A DNA stretch of 63,903 nucleotides from Girardia tigrina. Taxonomy: Eukaryota. Shown one piece after another: positions 13,586-27,029 of this stretch; within the stretch, counting starts at the first letter, position 1, and each line of letters begins with the position of its first letter. Below the pieces are notes generated by a model. The model was given only the letters and a program-made list of their open reading frames with translations, had not been told where the DNA came from and made no database searches. Position numbers and translations under genes: made by a program. The stretch is from contig MQRK01209984.1 of NCBI GenBank assembly GCA_001938485.1, forward strand, positions 1 through 63,903. Reading direction: 5' to 3'.

Positions 13586-14550
13586 ACATTTAAATGCTTT
13601 ATAGGGCTAAATGATAAAAATGGCCGGATGATAGATTTGTAAATTATAATAAGTACTTCTTGATAGAAAGGATTATAACATCGTCTCAGAATCAGGCAAT
13701 AAGTAGGATAAAACCAGATATATTTGTAGCAGTAAAAAAATGTTAAAAGAAGGGAGAGTTTCAACTAAATTTTTAAGGATGTAATGGTTTTAAATGGTCT
13801 CAAGTTGTAAAGTTTCAAAATATCTTAAAAAATAACAATTTTTAAATTTTACTTCAGTGAGAAAAGTATAAAAACAAAATTTATGTTTACGCTACTGAAG
13901 ATATTTTCAATACCCAACATAAAAAAGGCCATCCTTGTCCTAGACTAGTAAAAAAGAATGCATTTTATGAATGTTCGAAATGTCAAATTTGTTAAACCTA
14001 AGTTCAATAAATTTATTTCATCCAACTTTATAAATGTGTTGTTAAAAGCAACTAAATGAACTAAATTTATAAATTATATCATGATCTTATAAAATTCAAA
14101 ATACTTTCAGATATAAATTTATTACAGTTTTAACACTTTGTTCTGATATTGTTTATGAATATAAATGTAATATATGTGATGCCACACACATTGGAGAGAC
14201 TATCTGTCATCTCTGTAACCGGATTCAAGAACAAAGTCGAAAAGAAAGTTATAGTAATATTGCAAAATATATGAAAAAATGTAAATGTGATGTTAAAATT
14301 GATAATTTAAAGATTCAGAGTAATCATTTTGATACTTATTTAGAGAGAGTGTCGTGTGAAGCATTGTTAATTAGGTCGCGTTGTCCTAAAATCAATGTTC
14401 AATCGGCAGTCTCAACCAGCTTATTGAGAATTTTTTATTAGCATGATTTCATTCAATCGATTACTCAATCAAGACCTGGAGGTAACGGTCGATCCGTCGA
14501 AATGTATTGTCCTTAAATATAATTTTAAATGGATGAGTTTTGTAATCATA
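13586..14550 (+). mobile_element. Penelope-like element relic: putative N-terminal piece plus GIY-YIG endonuclease, RT absent
   Basis: About 14121-14441 reads TLCSDIVYEYKCNICDATHIGETICHLCNRIQEQ...ERVSCEALLIRSRCPKINVQ...RIFY*, the PLE-type VY-CxxC-YIG-R-E-N pattern. A hammerhead relic follows. Assigning 13586-14000 to the PLE is less certain. Confidence 0.85.
14473..14511 (+). ncRNA. Minimal type I hammerhead ribozyme, degenerate
   Basis: GAC ctggagg t aacgg tcgat ccgtc GAAA tgta TT GTC. Stem I is GAC/GUC, stem II is acgg/ccgt, and the CUGANGA core is mutated. Lies just 3' of the GIY-YIG stop. Confidence 0.65.
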
Positions 14551-15200
14551 TAATTTTGTTCATTTTTAAAAATATAATTAAAATAGAATATTGTTAATTA
14601 ATATATGAAATTTTTTTATTTAATTCCAAATTAATCTTTAAAGCAGCAATCAACTTCCCACAAAATAAAAAGTAAACATAATATCACAAGCAAAAAGGGA
14701 TTAATTGAAAAAAAAGATCTAGCATTTAGCGACGATCGGATCAGTGATCGGATTATGTAAAATATCTATTTTAAAAGGAAAATTTCAATCAAAAAATATA
14801 TGAAGCCATCATGATTTTTTTGTTTAATTGGAATAATTTTCGAAAAATTAAAATATTAGTTTTCATTAAATTATTTTTTATTACGAATATCGCAAACGGA
14901 ATTATATTTTATTATACTTTTCAATAATAAAAAGAAAATAAAATATGAAAATCACAAAAAAATATATTTAACAATTTTTTTAATATTTTTGTTGAGAAAA
15001 AAAGAGAAACTTATTACTTACTTTTTTATTTTTTTCCTAATAATTTCAGCAAAAATACGAAAAAATACATTATTAATTGTTGAGAATAAAAAACATTTTG
15101 TTTTATAAATAAAAGTTGAAAAGTGGACAAAAAAATGAAAATAAAAATGAAATAAATATTTTTTGTTGAAATATTTTATTTTATTTATCTTTTATGTTAA

Positions 15201-15413
15201 CCCTTCGTAACATGGTGTGACACTTCTGTAACAAACCGGTGTAACTCTTACAGGATCTCTAACTATTAACATGTCACAATTTAAATCACTGTTGCATATC
15301 TGTTACACATCGATCTATACAACATCGGTGATTTATTACTACCTACAGGTGGCTTTAGTGGTAGGATGATGAATTTTAAGATGTTTTTTTTTAAGATATT
15401 GAGTTACGAAGGG
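15201..15413. mobile_element. piggyBac-type MITE
   Basis: TTAA|CCCTTCGTAAC ... GTTACGAAGGG|TTAA: 11-bp perfect TIR with TTAA TSD. Confidence 0.9.
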
Positions 15414-15914
15414 TTAAAAGATTTTTCTTTGTTATTTAAAAAATAATATTTTTAAAAAAAAATTATGATTACTTGGTTCAGAACAGAAGAAAATCTTTTG
15501 TCAGATTAAAACAAAATGAAGCAGTAATTTTGTTTAAACTTAATCGAATTATGTGTTGTTTAATGAAAATTATGCATGAAATAATTATAGATTTATATTT
15601 TTTGTTAAAGGTGGTATTGAGTCTTCTGCTCTGTTGAGGATTAGCCACTGTACGGAATTTAAATTTAGTTTTTATCATCTATAATCATATAGTTATTATT
15701 ATTTATACTTCGAAAATCTTTGCCTTGCTCCGAAAGACAATTTATCATTTGAAAGACTTATTCGAAATTTATTTGAATGACAATTACTAAATTATTTTCT
15801 CCTTTGCTTGTTATAAATATTTATATGATATATAAAAATATATGGTTAAATAATTAAATTAAATTATTGTTTTATTTATAGTCAGAAGACCATTACTTCA
15901 CTATGTCTTACATC

Positions 15915-16076
15915 AGAATACTCTAATATGATTGGACGAATTACTTTGCACGTTTAAACAAGTTTAATGAAACTTAAGTAACAGTGCTTCAGCAATTTTG
16001 AGAGGATAATTAATTAAGTTTGAGAAACCTTGTTGAAACATGCAAAGTGAATCATCCAATCGTATTAGAGTATTCT
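15915..16076. repeat. Foldback inverted repeat (MITE-like hairpin)
   Basis: agaatactctaatatgattggacgaattactttgcacgtttaaacaag pairs with cttgttgaaacatgcaaagtgaatcatccaatcgtattagagtattct; arms of about 50-65 bp. Confidence 0.85.
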
Positions 16077-18063
16077 AAATTAAATTAAAGAAATGAATAT
16101 TTAAATTAACAAAAATCAATAATTAAATAAAATTTGAAGTTGAAGTGATTGAAAAATCATTATTTTAATTTTTTTCAGATTTTGTGTTTGAGAACGTTAA
16201 TAAAATTGTAACGAGAATTTTGTCGAAATAAATCTTACGAATTTTGGTCGAAAGATTTTATAAATTTGTCGAAATTACCTTTTTCACTTTTTGTGATTGA
16301 GAAAGAGTTTTTCGACATATGATTTACAATTCCTGTTATTGGCTTTGATTTGAGTTTATATTTTTTTGTGATTGAGAACGATCAGAGTTTTGATATTGTT
16401 CGATAACAATTTTACGAATAGGAAAGACGAGCTTTTGCTGTCACTATTATTTTAATTTCTGAAATTTTGATGTCAACTGCCATAATGTCATCTCGCCACT
16501 GCATCTCTGCTACCACTGTCCGGTCTTCGGGGGAACCTGGAGATCATTATGAGAGAATTTAAGATTTATTGTAGATTAAGGGACTTTCCTTAAATGAAAA
16601 TGTTTGCTAGTCTGGAGAATTACAAATTATTAATATCTGTGCCTTGAAAGTTTCTCTCACTCAAATATCGAGTAACAAGAAATTTCGTACAAAATTGTCA
16701 TTGATAATATCCAACTTAGTAAACTATGTGTTTTCGACAATTTACGTTGTTTTTCATTACTAGGATTATCTTCTGAAGGCTCTTCTTATCTTCTGTTAAG
16801 CTAATTGTAGGAGTTGCTAATTATTTCCGGTGTTTGAGAGCTGATATCTTATCTATATCATATATCATGTCTTTATGGTATTTATCTGGTTCTTTAGATC
16901 ATATTTGACGAAATATAACATTCTCTTTGCAGTATTGATTTATAGCGACGTCAGGGAGATCCGGTACATCAATGCAGCCAATGTAACTGTCAAATGCAAT
17001 ACTGAATTTGTCGAAGACGATTCTATCCAAAATTATTTATCTCGAAGGGTGGCGTACCTCCATGGTCCCGGATTCTTCAGCACCTTCATACTTTTAGTTA
17101 TCTTGTTCAGCTACTATTTTCAGATTTACAAGCAAATGACCCTTCTGGTCACATATAAGGCCATACGTTTAAGGACATGATCCTTTTGATTTTTTTTTGC
17201 TTTAATAAAGATAAGACATAAAATAATACTATATTCAGTATAAAAGTCAAAATCTGTGATGTCTTGAAAAATATAATGGATAAACCAATATAATACCTAG
17301 AATAGAAAAGATATTATACATATAAAAAATGAATAAATATAAATAATAAATCTTGAAAAAAAATTAAATAAAATCGCATTGGAATTTATTTTTTCTTTTC
17401 TTTCTTCATTTGATAATGAAACTTGAAAATTCCAAAAAAAAGATAATTGAATTTTTGTCATCTTTGGAAACAGAACAGTTGTAAATAAGAAGAGAAATGC
17501 GATATGGACGCGAAGAGAGCTGGGGTTAAATAGAGGGAGTCCTTCCTCTCATACTTGTTTTATGTACAAATACGATAAATATGTTCAATATTTGCTTTCT
17601 GTTGAAATATTCGTTTTGATGCCTCAAATATTTTTACTTGGGAAAATATTCTAAAATCGGATTTCTAGTTTATGTTTTTGGATTTTCTTTGATTATACTA
17701 CAATTTGTTTACTTGGAAATTTAATATTTATGTTCTTTCGATTTCTGATCTGTTTTGCTTTTTACAATTCCTACATCAGATCAGTTTTTGGATGCTCGGT
17801 ACAAATTGTAAACAATATAAGATTATGGATGAAGACCATCAAAGTAAAGTTAGACTATTTTTTGAAGAACAAGTTGAACTAAGGAGTTCCTTTTATGTGT
17901 TGAATTCAATAAGTACCCGATCTCAGATAAAAAAATATTATAGCAAATTTTAGTTTTTGTGTATGATTAAATAAATTAATATCGGTTTTCATTTCAGTTA
18001 TTGTTTTATTTTGTCAATCGATTTAAAATTTTTATTCCGACATTTTGAATTTTCGTCAGTGCG

Positions 18064-18818
18064 ATGATTTCAGACGTCGAATATCGCAGCGTGATCAAGT
18101 TCACTGTGTTACAGAAGGAGATATGCAATGAAATCTACGATTTTTTTACAGTCAACTGACCTACATGACTTTATATCTCTGGCAACTGTTAAATATTGGG
18201 TCAGAAAATTTAAAAGTGGTCGCACTACCGTTTTTGATCAAGAAAATCAGGTTGGTCGCAAGAAAGTTTTGATACAGTTGATGAAAAATTGAAAAAGTAG
18301 ATCCAAGAAGGTCCCCCAATTACCATGAAAATGCTATTAACGAAGCTCAATATCAGTGTTGGGATAGTCCATACCAAATTGAAATCCATTGGTATACAAA
18401 AACATTGCTCGAGACTTGTACCCAGCTTTTTCACTGGTAAAATGATACGAAACCGCTTGGAGTGAAGTCACAACAACATGAACGTGTGGGACCAGCATAG
18501 TGAGACTTTCCTTGCAAATTTAACAACGAAAGATGAAACCCCCTTGAATATTTATTTGCCGGTAACAAAGCGTGAATCAGTAGATTGCGTCAAGTCAGGG
18601 ACAAGCGATGATGTTTTCCATTTTCAGGGATCATAAAGGTGTTATTCTAAAGGATTTCGTGGATAAAGGCATCACTATCAACACTGCATATTGCAATCAA
18701 ATCATAGAAACCACCAGGAAAAATCGACGGAAGCAGCAGAACACATCACAATGGTTTATCCTCGACAATAGGCAGAGTACCAATAGTGGGCGTTTCTAGG
18801 GCCACATAAAATTATTTA
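18064..18818 (+). pseudogene. Decayed mariner transposase
   Basis: MISDVEYRSVIKF; ATVKYWVRKFKSGRT; TKDET; FRDHKGVILKDF...TINTAY; FILDN. Frameshifts and stops. Confidence 0.75.
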
Positions 18819-19369
18819 CATAAAATTATACAACTATAAAATTCTTTCACAAGATAATATGTTATTTATTTCCTGTTTTAGGCAAGACATAATTATTACT
18901 GTTTTTTTAACAAATTTTGTCAACAAAAATAATATTCAAGAAAAGACTCTTTAAATAAATATTTTGGAAGTTCTATTTTTCCAAACTCATCACATTACAT
19001 TATTAAATTAAACACCTTTCGATATTCGTTTTGAATAAAACCCATGGCGAAACTCAAGCTTTATTATTATAATCCATGAACGCTGTTTACTGCTTTTATT
19101 GCATCAAATCGGTGATAATCTATTATATTGTTGTTGGGGAGTTTGTTGGGAACTCAGTTGGTCAATCCCCATTCTTTTTTCTGGCTTTTAGAGAAGATAA
19201 ACGATAATCGAATGGCAAACATTTTTATTGATAAATATTATCATCTGTCACTGATGTTAAGTGTCGAGTTTTGAGACTCAATCCTATTTATGCTAAAAGT
19301 GTCGTCAAAGTGTTTTTTTTCAAATTTCCTTTTGGCATTATTTATTTGATATTGATATATATTTATAGC

Positions 19370-20486
19370 ATTATATGGACTACGAGATTACAAAGCTTGA
19401 AATCCGTGTGTTGCTGGTCACTATTAGAAGAAAGGCTGGACAACATGAGATGCTGCAAAGGCAATTTGCAAAGTTGAAGGTACACAAACGGTCGGAAAAA
19501 GTACGGTTATTGATTGGTTCAAGTGTTTCAATAAAGGTAACTTTGACTTGAATGACAGTCCTCGTTCTAGACGACCAACAAAATTGGATAACTATGACTT
19601 ACAAGCATAGTTGGACATGAAGCTTTCGTCAAGCACCCGCAATTTGTCATTTAAGCTTGGAGTTGGCAAGTCAACGAAACATTGGGATTTGAAGCAGCTG
19701 GACTTTTAGCACAAGAAACCGCGTCAGGATCCACACGAACTCACCAAAGCACCGGCCGATAAAAGAGTCCAAATTTGCCGGAAACTGCTTCAGAATCCAT
19801 GAGATGACCGCTTTTGGAAACGAATTGTGACGTCGGACGAGAAGTGGGTCTACTTGGTCAACCACAAACTAGACAAGCGATGGGTTCCACCGGGTCAAGC
19901 AACGCTGTCAGTTCCAAAACAAGATCGATTTGGTTTGAAAATCATGTTGTTAGAACTTTGAGGGAGTCGTGCACTTTGAGTTGATTTAGAACAGGCAGGC
20001 TATCAATGCAGAGCTATATTGTCAACAGCTGGACCGTGTCTACGAGAAGCTCAAGGAGAAGTACCATGCCTTAATCAACCGAAAACGTGCACTGCTTCAT
20101 CAAGACAATACCAAACCGCATACCACCAAGAAGATCATGGGTAGGTTCCAAGAGTTGGATGGAGTCGAAATCCTGCCGCATCCTGTTTACAGCCCTGATA
20201 GCGCTACATCCGACTATGGCCTCTTCCGATCCATGCAACACTTCTTGAAAGGCCGCGGATTCGAAGCATTCGATGAAGTTGAACAAGCATGTCAAGAGTT
20301 TTTCAATTCGAAGCAACCGGAATGGTACTTTGACCAGATCCGAAAGCTTGCAGATCGTTGGCCGAAAGTAGTCGAAAACGATGGACTGTACTTTGAAGAT
20401 TAATTTTTATTTATTTAAAATAAATTCTTGCAAAAAAATTGTATTTGTCATTCTTGACCGGATGATTTTTATTAGGACAACCTAAT
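19370..20486 (+). mobile_element. mariner (D,D34D) element, 5' TIR not found
   Basis: RIVTSDEKWV; LHQDNTKPH; YSPDSATSDYGLFRSMQHFL; stop at 20403. 3' TIR-like ...tttttattaggacaacctaa-TA. Confidence 0.9.
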
Positions 20487-20715
20487 ATATATTTTTATAT
20501 TGTTGTGGTAAACAATAATTATTATTTATTATTTTTTCTTATTTATGTTATTATTCGGTTGTGAAGACATTTCGCTTATTTCAATTATGCTGTTTAAATA
20601 GCAGAACTGTTATGTCGCAATTATTATTTTTAGTAAAATTATTCCCTGTAAAAATTGTAAAATGAAGTCTCAAAATTATTATTTGACTATTCTCACTTCC
20701 TATTCTCACTAACAG

Positions 20716-20898
20716 ATACTTCAAAATCTCGTACATTGTGCCGATCTCAGTAATCCGACAAAACCTTTGAATATCTATCAAATCTGGATCGACAGGGTTA
20801 TGGAGGAGTTTTATCTTCAAGGGGATAAAGAGAGAGAGAACGATTTGGAAATCAGTCCGATGTGCGACCGGCAGTCCGCGTCTTTGGAAAAATCCCAG
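20716..20898 (+). CDS. PDE4: PDE4-family phosphodiesterase, penultimate coding exon (183 nt)
   Basis: ctcactaacag|ATA...CAG|gt with a CTAAC branch-like motif. Encodes [61 protein letters not shown], including the metal-binding Asp (HCAD) and the invariant Gln. Confidence 0.97.
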
Positions 20899-21129
20899 GT
20901 GAATTAGTTTGTTCAGTTTGAAATTTAGTTTTCCTAAATAAAATTCAATTAAATTGGACGAAAATTTATTTTCATCAATTATTTTTTTGGTGGAAAAAAT
21001 AATTATTCATTTTTAACAACATATTTTATTGGTTATATTTTATTTAAAATTTATATATATATATATATATATATATTAAAATAATTCAACATTTTAAAGT
21101 ATAGGTAACGTGAGTTTTCTTTAAAGTCA

Positions 21130-22102
21130 ACATAGTAGTAGCGTAGTTCATACATATTTGAAACTACATCTTTAATGTCCTTCGTTTCGATAGCTCCTCT
21201 CAATTTCAATTCTCTTTTCACCTCTAATCGTCAATCATATTCATACAAACAAGGTTGAGCAGCTTTTTCTTAGAAAGTTTGCTTTCTGTTAATATCGTTA
21301 ATAATTCTTCGGTATTTTGAACATTTCCTTGGGATCTGAAAATCTCCATTGGAGATTTAAAATATCCTTCATTGTGCCAAGCAGAGAATTTTCTTTCACA
21401 AATGTCGTTTTCAGTTTTTATTTATACGTTGCTGATGGAGTCATGAAGGTTGTCACCATCACTAATCTTCTATCTTCTATTATACCCATAATATCAGCAT
21501 AACGTTCGAAATGTTTTATGAAATCATCTAATTTTTTTTGTCATTGAACAAAAGTGCCCGGTTGGTACATAAATAAATTCGCCGCATATATCGGCCCGAA
21601 GGCGTCCTTTACACCGGCCCTGGTTTCCACAGGGGTTCTTTCACTAGCGGCCTACCCCCGCACCCATCACTTGGGTGAACGTTTCCGCCAAGCCCGACAC
21701 TTTCACTCACTGCATCCTTAATAACTCATCATCGAAGGTCAAGTCTTCCTCCCATGATGAGTTTTCTTCATCCTCTGATGAATCTCCACTCGTCTTCCTA
21801 TCTAGATTGAAGACTAGCTCGTCGTCAGATGGATCATTTGATCCTGTTTGATCCTCAACACATAATACTCCCCCCTGTTGCACTCCTACTCTGTAACTAT
21901 AAGATTGTACGAGTGCTTCCAGGGCGGCTGGATCAAATTCTTCTACACCCTCAGGAATAGCATGTTCATATTCCATCTCTTCCATCGCTAATATGCCTTC
22001 CTGAGGTTCTTGGATCTCTGTTACAATAATCTTATTTATTCTCTGGATTATTGAATTTGAGTAAAATGTTTTTTTGAAACTGTCATTCGAAATTAGATTC
22101 AA
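21130..22102 (-). mobile_element. Gypsy gag relic with an acidic upstream ORF
   Basis: The minus strand from about 21560 reads PGTFVQ*QKKLDDFIKHFERYADIMGIIEDRRLVMVTTFMTPSA, a gag N-terminal pattern. The acidic ORF 21707-22102 lies upstream on the same strand. Confidence 0.5.
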
Positions 22103-23116
22103 ATTTGCTTAAATAATCATTAGAAATTAGAGTTAAATTTTGTTGAAATGATTTTTTGAAATTGAAATGAATTTTGTAGTAACTATTTATCGAATTTTGA
22201 GTGAACTTATTGAGAAAACAATTGTCGAGTTTTGATAGAAAATTTTATGGAAATAATTGATGCAATTTTCGATTTGTATAATATGATAAAAACTTTTATA
22301 CAAAATTTGTTTAACATATTTTGAGTTGATTTGAAACATTTTATGTTTTGAATTTTAAAATAGACAAGGTTAGAATATTTTGAAATTGTATTTTTTTTTC
22401 TTTACTCTTAGAAAAAAGACTATTTTAAGACTTTCTTTTGATCTGATTGAAAACAAGTTGATGATTGATCGAGAATTCCTATATAAAAAGAATAATATGA
22501 GCCAAAAAATAAACCAATTTTTGATTTCCCAAAAATATGGGGCCAGCACCACGATTGTTAGGGCAGTTCTCTGGGGCAACTCAGGGACTTCCAAAACACT
22601 ATGTATTTTTGAAACGGAATAACTGTGCATTTCTATCATTTAAACATGATTAAAATTAATTCTAAACATACTGAAGCTCTAAAAATCTCAAAAATCCCAA
22701 ATATAAAATAATATAAAATATTTTTAAAGATTTGATAAATGAGTTTATTTATTTCTTTTATTTTCGAAAAATAATAATAATTTATACTTAAGATAAATAG
22801 ATTATATTATCCACAAAGAGTGAGCATGTTTAGAAAGGAAATATAATACAATATACAAGATATTATTTCATATTTTATATTCTATTACAACATTAAAAAA
22901 ATTAGCAAATATAATTCTAAAAATATAAAATGGAGTTTTTCTTTTCAAAACTCTTTTTTCATTTTCATAAAACAATGAGACAATTTTATTTAGAAAATTA
23001 ATTTTTTAAAAAGAGTCTAAAGCTACATGTAAAAGAATTTTATTTTTTAGGAATTATGTAATTTATTATATTGAAAATTATTTGTAAATAAGGAATTATT
23101 TTTTAATCTTTGCTTG

Positions 23117-23147
<31 letters not shown>

Positions 23148-25429
23148 AGGAATATATATATCAACAAACATACAAATATCAAAAATAAGGTAAATAGTCA
23201 TTAAGTATTGTCCAGGGTCAACACTGAAGTCTCTACTCACTTGAGAATACCCTAACCTGTTGTATGATAAACACAAAAAAATATCATTAACAACCTTCAT
23301 AGATTCTCTATTTGAAAATATTTAAAATATTTCCTTTTTTATATTTTCAGTGTATATTTATATACTTTGATTTTAACAACATCTTCAACAAGCTAACAAT
23401 GGGACAATATTCCATCAAATTAAATACTAATTTCATACTTGTTCATCCTCTAGAGCTTATTGGATCATTTCCGGTTCAGTGAAGTACCTCTGTACGCCTT
23501 CTATTGAAATAAGTTTACGTCAGTTGTATACTTTCAAGATCCACCAATCTACAGTTGCAGTTTATTTTCTGCACTAATTTTAATTTACCTGCTCTTCTAA
23601 TGATAATACAGAAGAAAATGTAAAATACTAAGGTTTCATATGTGAAGGGAATAACAGAGAAAGGTAATGATAATAATTGTAGAATGAATGACTTTCGAAC
23701 GAACTTTAGAACACTCTAGACCTATTTCTGGTGGAGGCTCGGAATGTCTCAAACTACGACTCCACATTAAACTAGGTTTATGAAAAAACTTCGTAAAATT
23801 CATGGACCAAACATCGCTGGGTGTCAATACCTGCTAAAATAATTCCATCAAATTAGAGAAGCAAATATTAACCATTTGCATACAATGGACATATTTCGCT
23901 AAGAAATAGCAAGATTTGTTTTCAATAAATAAGATTTAATTTAAAAAATATTTACAGCATTCAGATTGAATCAATAGTTTCTTTGTCCATAGGTCGGCAA
24001 CACTTAAAATTTTGACTTTCAAAAGAAATAGCGTAAACATATAAATTTTTATTCTCTTCCTAGTTTCCTTAAGTGTGGAAAGATTAAAGAAGGAGTTTTG
24101 ATGCATTCTCCTATTCACGAGCTGCATTTTAAAATTAGAGGTTGAACAACTCGCTGTTTGGGGATGCAAATGTGTTTATTCTAGTATCCTCCAGTTCTCT
24201 CTGGATTATAAAGGCAAAAAAACTCAAAAGATGATTCAGTTTCAGTAATTCTGTTGTAATGTTTCGCTAAAGATCCACTTTTTTCATTCTCATCTGATTG
24301 TTTTTCTTAAAATCTGAGGTTCCATTAGTTATGAACATGGAGAACATTTTCTCATGTATATCACAACAATGAAAAGAAGATATGAACCTGTGATGACAGA
24401 CTATTGAACACTCTTGGGACCTTTCTGGTTATATATTTAGTTCTTTCTCTGTATTTTAAATATCCTTGTAACCCAGTGAAGCTCATCGTATTAGACAAGT
24501 AGTTTCATTAGGTAGCTTGCATTTCTGATTTTTAAGTTATTTAAAATGGGTGTTATAATTTATGCTTATAGATGATAATCAACGCAAAGCATGTACATTT
24601 GTTACCTGCAGAGTTTACAATTTTTACATAAACGATTTTTATATCAACTGATTATCAGTTCCATTAATTACTTAATTCATTTTTACTTAACTCTATGAGA
24701 GGATTTTGAACTTCTTTTTCTGTCTTTCCCGGATGGGGCAACGCCGTAGGACACTTATTCAAAGACGAGAGTCACAGCTAATATAAACACGAAATATGCT
24801 TCTGAGAAAGAAATGATAAGTTGACCTTTGTTGAACTAACTTTCAGATGCATCTTTATGACAATGAATGACTTACATCTCGACTTTTGCGGGCCTCAATT
24901 TAAGTGGTCAAGTCATTATTATAATTACGAAAATCCTCAGAAAACATTATTTACGATGCTGATCTACAAAAAGCATTTTATAATCATCTAGATATTAGTT
25001 ATATAGTCGATGTTGGCGGAGATGAATGAAGTTTGGAAAACCACGAGATATCTAAAGAACGAAATATCAACATATCACTGAAGCTGAAGCAGCGTGGATG
25101 TTTGTTCTTACGAATAATGAGTGGCCAACAATGATGTACGAGAAATAATTTACAACATCACTAAAAAGAAAGTTCAAAAAAATTAGACGACAAGAAAAAC
25201 TATTAAAGAAAGAATAACAGAGAATCGCGTTACAAAAAAATCTCAGAGATAAGAGTGGCTAACTCCACAAAATGTGCTAAAGAATTGGACTCGCTCATTA
25301 CCGACTACATTTTGCAAACAAGAGTTAAAACGGTCAAAATCTCAATGCATCAATAAACATTAGGAACATTAGAAAAAAACAGATGTAAATCTACTACATT
25401 ACTTTAAAATAAAACCGAAAAAGGCCATT

Positions 25430-26830
25430 GAAATTATTTTATGTGACACTACTTTTGATGGAGAGCTATCTTTGGAATCTCTTACAAATTACGCCAAATC
25501 AAAAAGCGACTATCCTCCTGAAACAGACTGGTGTAATGCACCAAACATCAAACCTGGCCCAAAATGTCAATTTCAGCATGTCACTCCAGAAGAGATCGAC
25601 AACATACTCAATTACACCAAAAATACTAGTCCCGGTATATCAAACATCGGTTATGTAAATATCGACTATTGCGATCTGGGTTGTCAATTTCTGACACCAT
25701 TATTCAACAAAATCATTGATACGGGAGTCATGCCACCCAGTTGGAAGAAATTCCTAACGGTAGTGATCCCTAAACCCGGTAAGTCAGGAAATTACAAAGA
25801 TATAGGATCATAGAGATCAATGGCCCTGATGGAATGCATTGCCAAGTTGTTCACATCTTGCATATGCACTCAACTGAATCATTGGCTGGTGAAGAAATAT
25901 TTAATTTCAAAGTTCCAAAAAGGCATCGGACTATCGGACGGGTGCGCTAAACACAATAACATCATGAAAATTTTACTGGAGGAATATGAAAATCTTCACA
26001 TTGCATTCCTTGATCTAACTGATGCGTTTTGCAGCATTCCAATTAATAATATATTAGAAGTTCTCAGAAGAAAAGGTCTAGATTCATTCTCCTGCTCTCT
26101 CATTGCAAATCTGTTCTCGAATTGTTCATCAACATATACCTGCAATGATTATACGACTGAAGACATATCAATCAGGAGGGCGGTTAAATAAGGATGTCCG
26201 CTTTCAATGCTGTTGTTCAGAGTTGGCATTGATCCAATTTTGGTTGCACTACAAGATAATGATGCTTTTGGTATTGACACTTGTCTGGCATATGCAGATG
26301 ATATTGCAATAGTTGCAACCAGCAACTCTTGTTTACAAGCCATGGTTTCATCTGCATGTGACATGGTTGAATGGACTTCTATGAAGTTCAACCCAGCCGA
26401 ATGTGGATATTTATCAACTCCTCCTATATATGAATCAATCCATTTTAATAACATATCAATACCTATAGTCACAGATGAAGGAGGTTACCGTTATCTCGGA
26501 GTAGACTTTACCAGAAAGACAAAATTCACTCCTAAATGTCTATTTCTATCAGCTATTAAGGACTTGAAAAAAATAACCAAATCAATACTATTTCCCTGGC
26601 AGAAAATAGAAGCGTGTAGAATCTTTATAGACTCACGCGATTCACCTTCTATTTTCGAAATTATTGTATACCAAACAGGGAACTTACGGATTATGGCCAA
26701 CGCGAAACCACGAAATCTATCTTTAAAAGTGGCCTTGACGTGGAAATTCGTCGTTACTTGAAGAAGATTTGTGGAACGGTCCCAAATTCTTCTAATGACT
26801 ACATTTATGCTGCCAACTCGACATGGCATA
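25430..26830 (+). mobile_element. Non-LTR retrotransposon RT, R2/NeSL group, decayed and 3'-truncated
   Basis: PPSWK..TVVIPKPGK; LISKFQKG...DGCAKHN; IAFLDLTDAF; VK*GCPLSMLLF; LAYADDIAIV; FNPAEC; YRYLG; LFPWQKIEACRIF (NeSL/Utopia-like thumb). Decayed upstream part probably extends to about 24700. Confidence 0.88.
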
Positions 26831-27029
26831 AACACAATACCGGTCAATATAACCCACTGATGTCAAATGCGGTGACGACAAATCTTACCGACACAGTCAA
26901 GGCAGATGCACCAGAAGCCGGTTAATAACATTAATCTCCAACACAAGTCAAAGATGCTCTACACAGCGACCATAGCTTTGAGTATATCCCAGGATATGTA
27001 TATCCCAATGTATATCCCAGGATATCTTT

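Noticed and set aside
13108-14550. The whole PLE being part of a roughly 1.4-kb LTR
   Set aside because: TSDs at five solo copies place the LTR end at ...TAATA/TAACA (about 360-530 bp per unit), so the PLE lies outside the LTR proper.
16480-17180. gag/zinc-knuckle relic; similar faint coding traces at 3600-4150, 8230-8480, 9400-9840, 23400-24480, 32830-33250, 44780-45000 and 52260-52660
   Set aside because: Too decayed to assign without a database search.
22537-22555. Primer-binding site (minus-strand TGGTGCTGGCCCCA) for the 21-22 kb gag relic
   Set aside because: No confident tRNA match and no defined adjacent LTR end.
24720-24790. HDV-like ribozyme at the LINE 5' end
   Set aside because: I could not build the nested double pseudoknot by eye.
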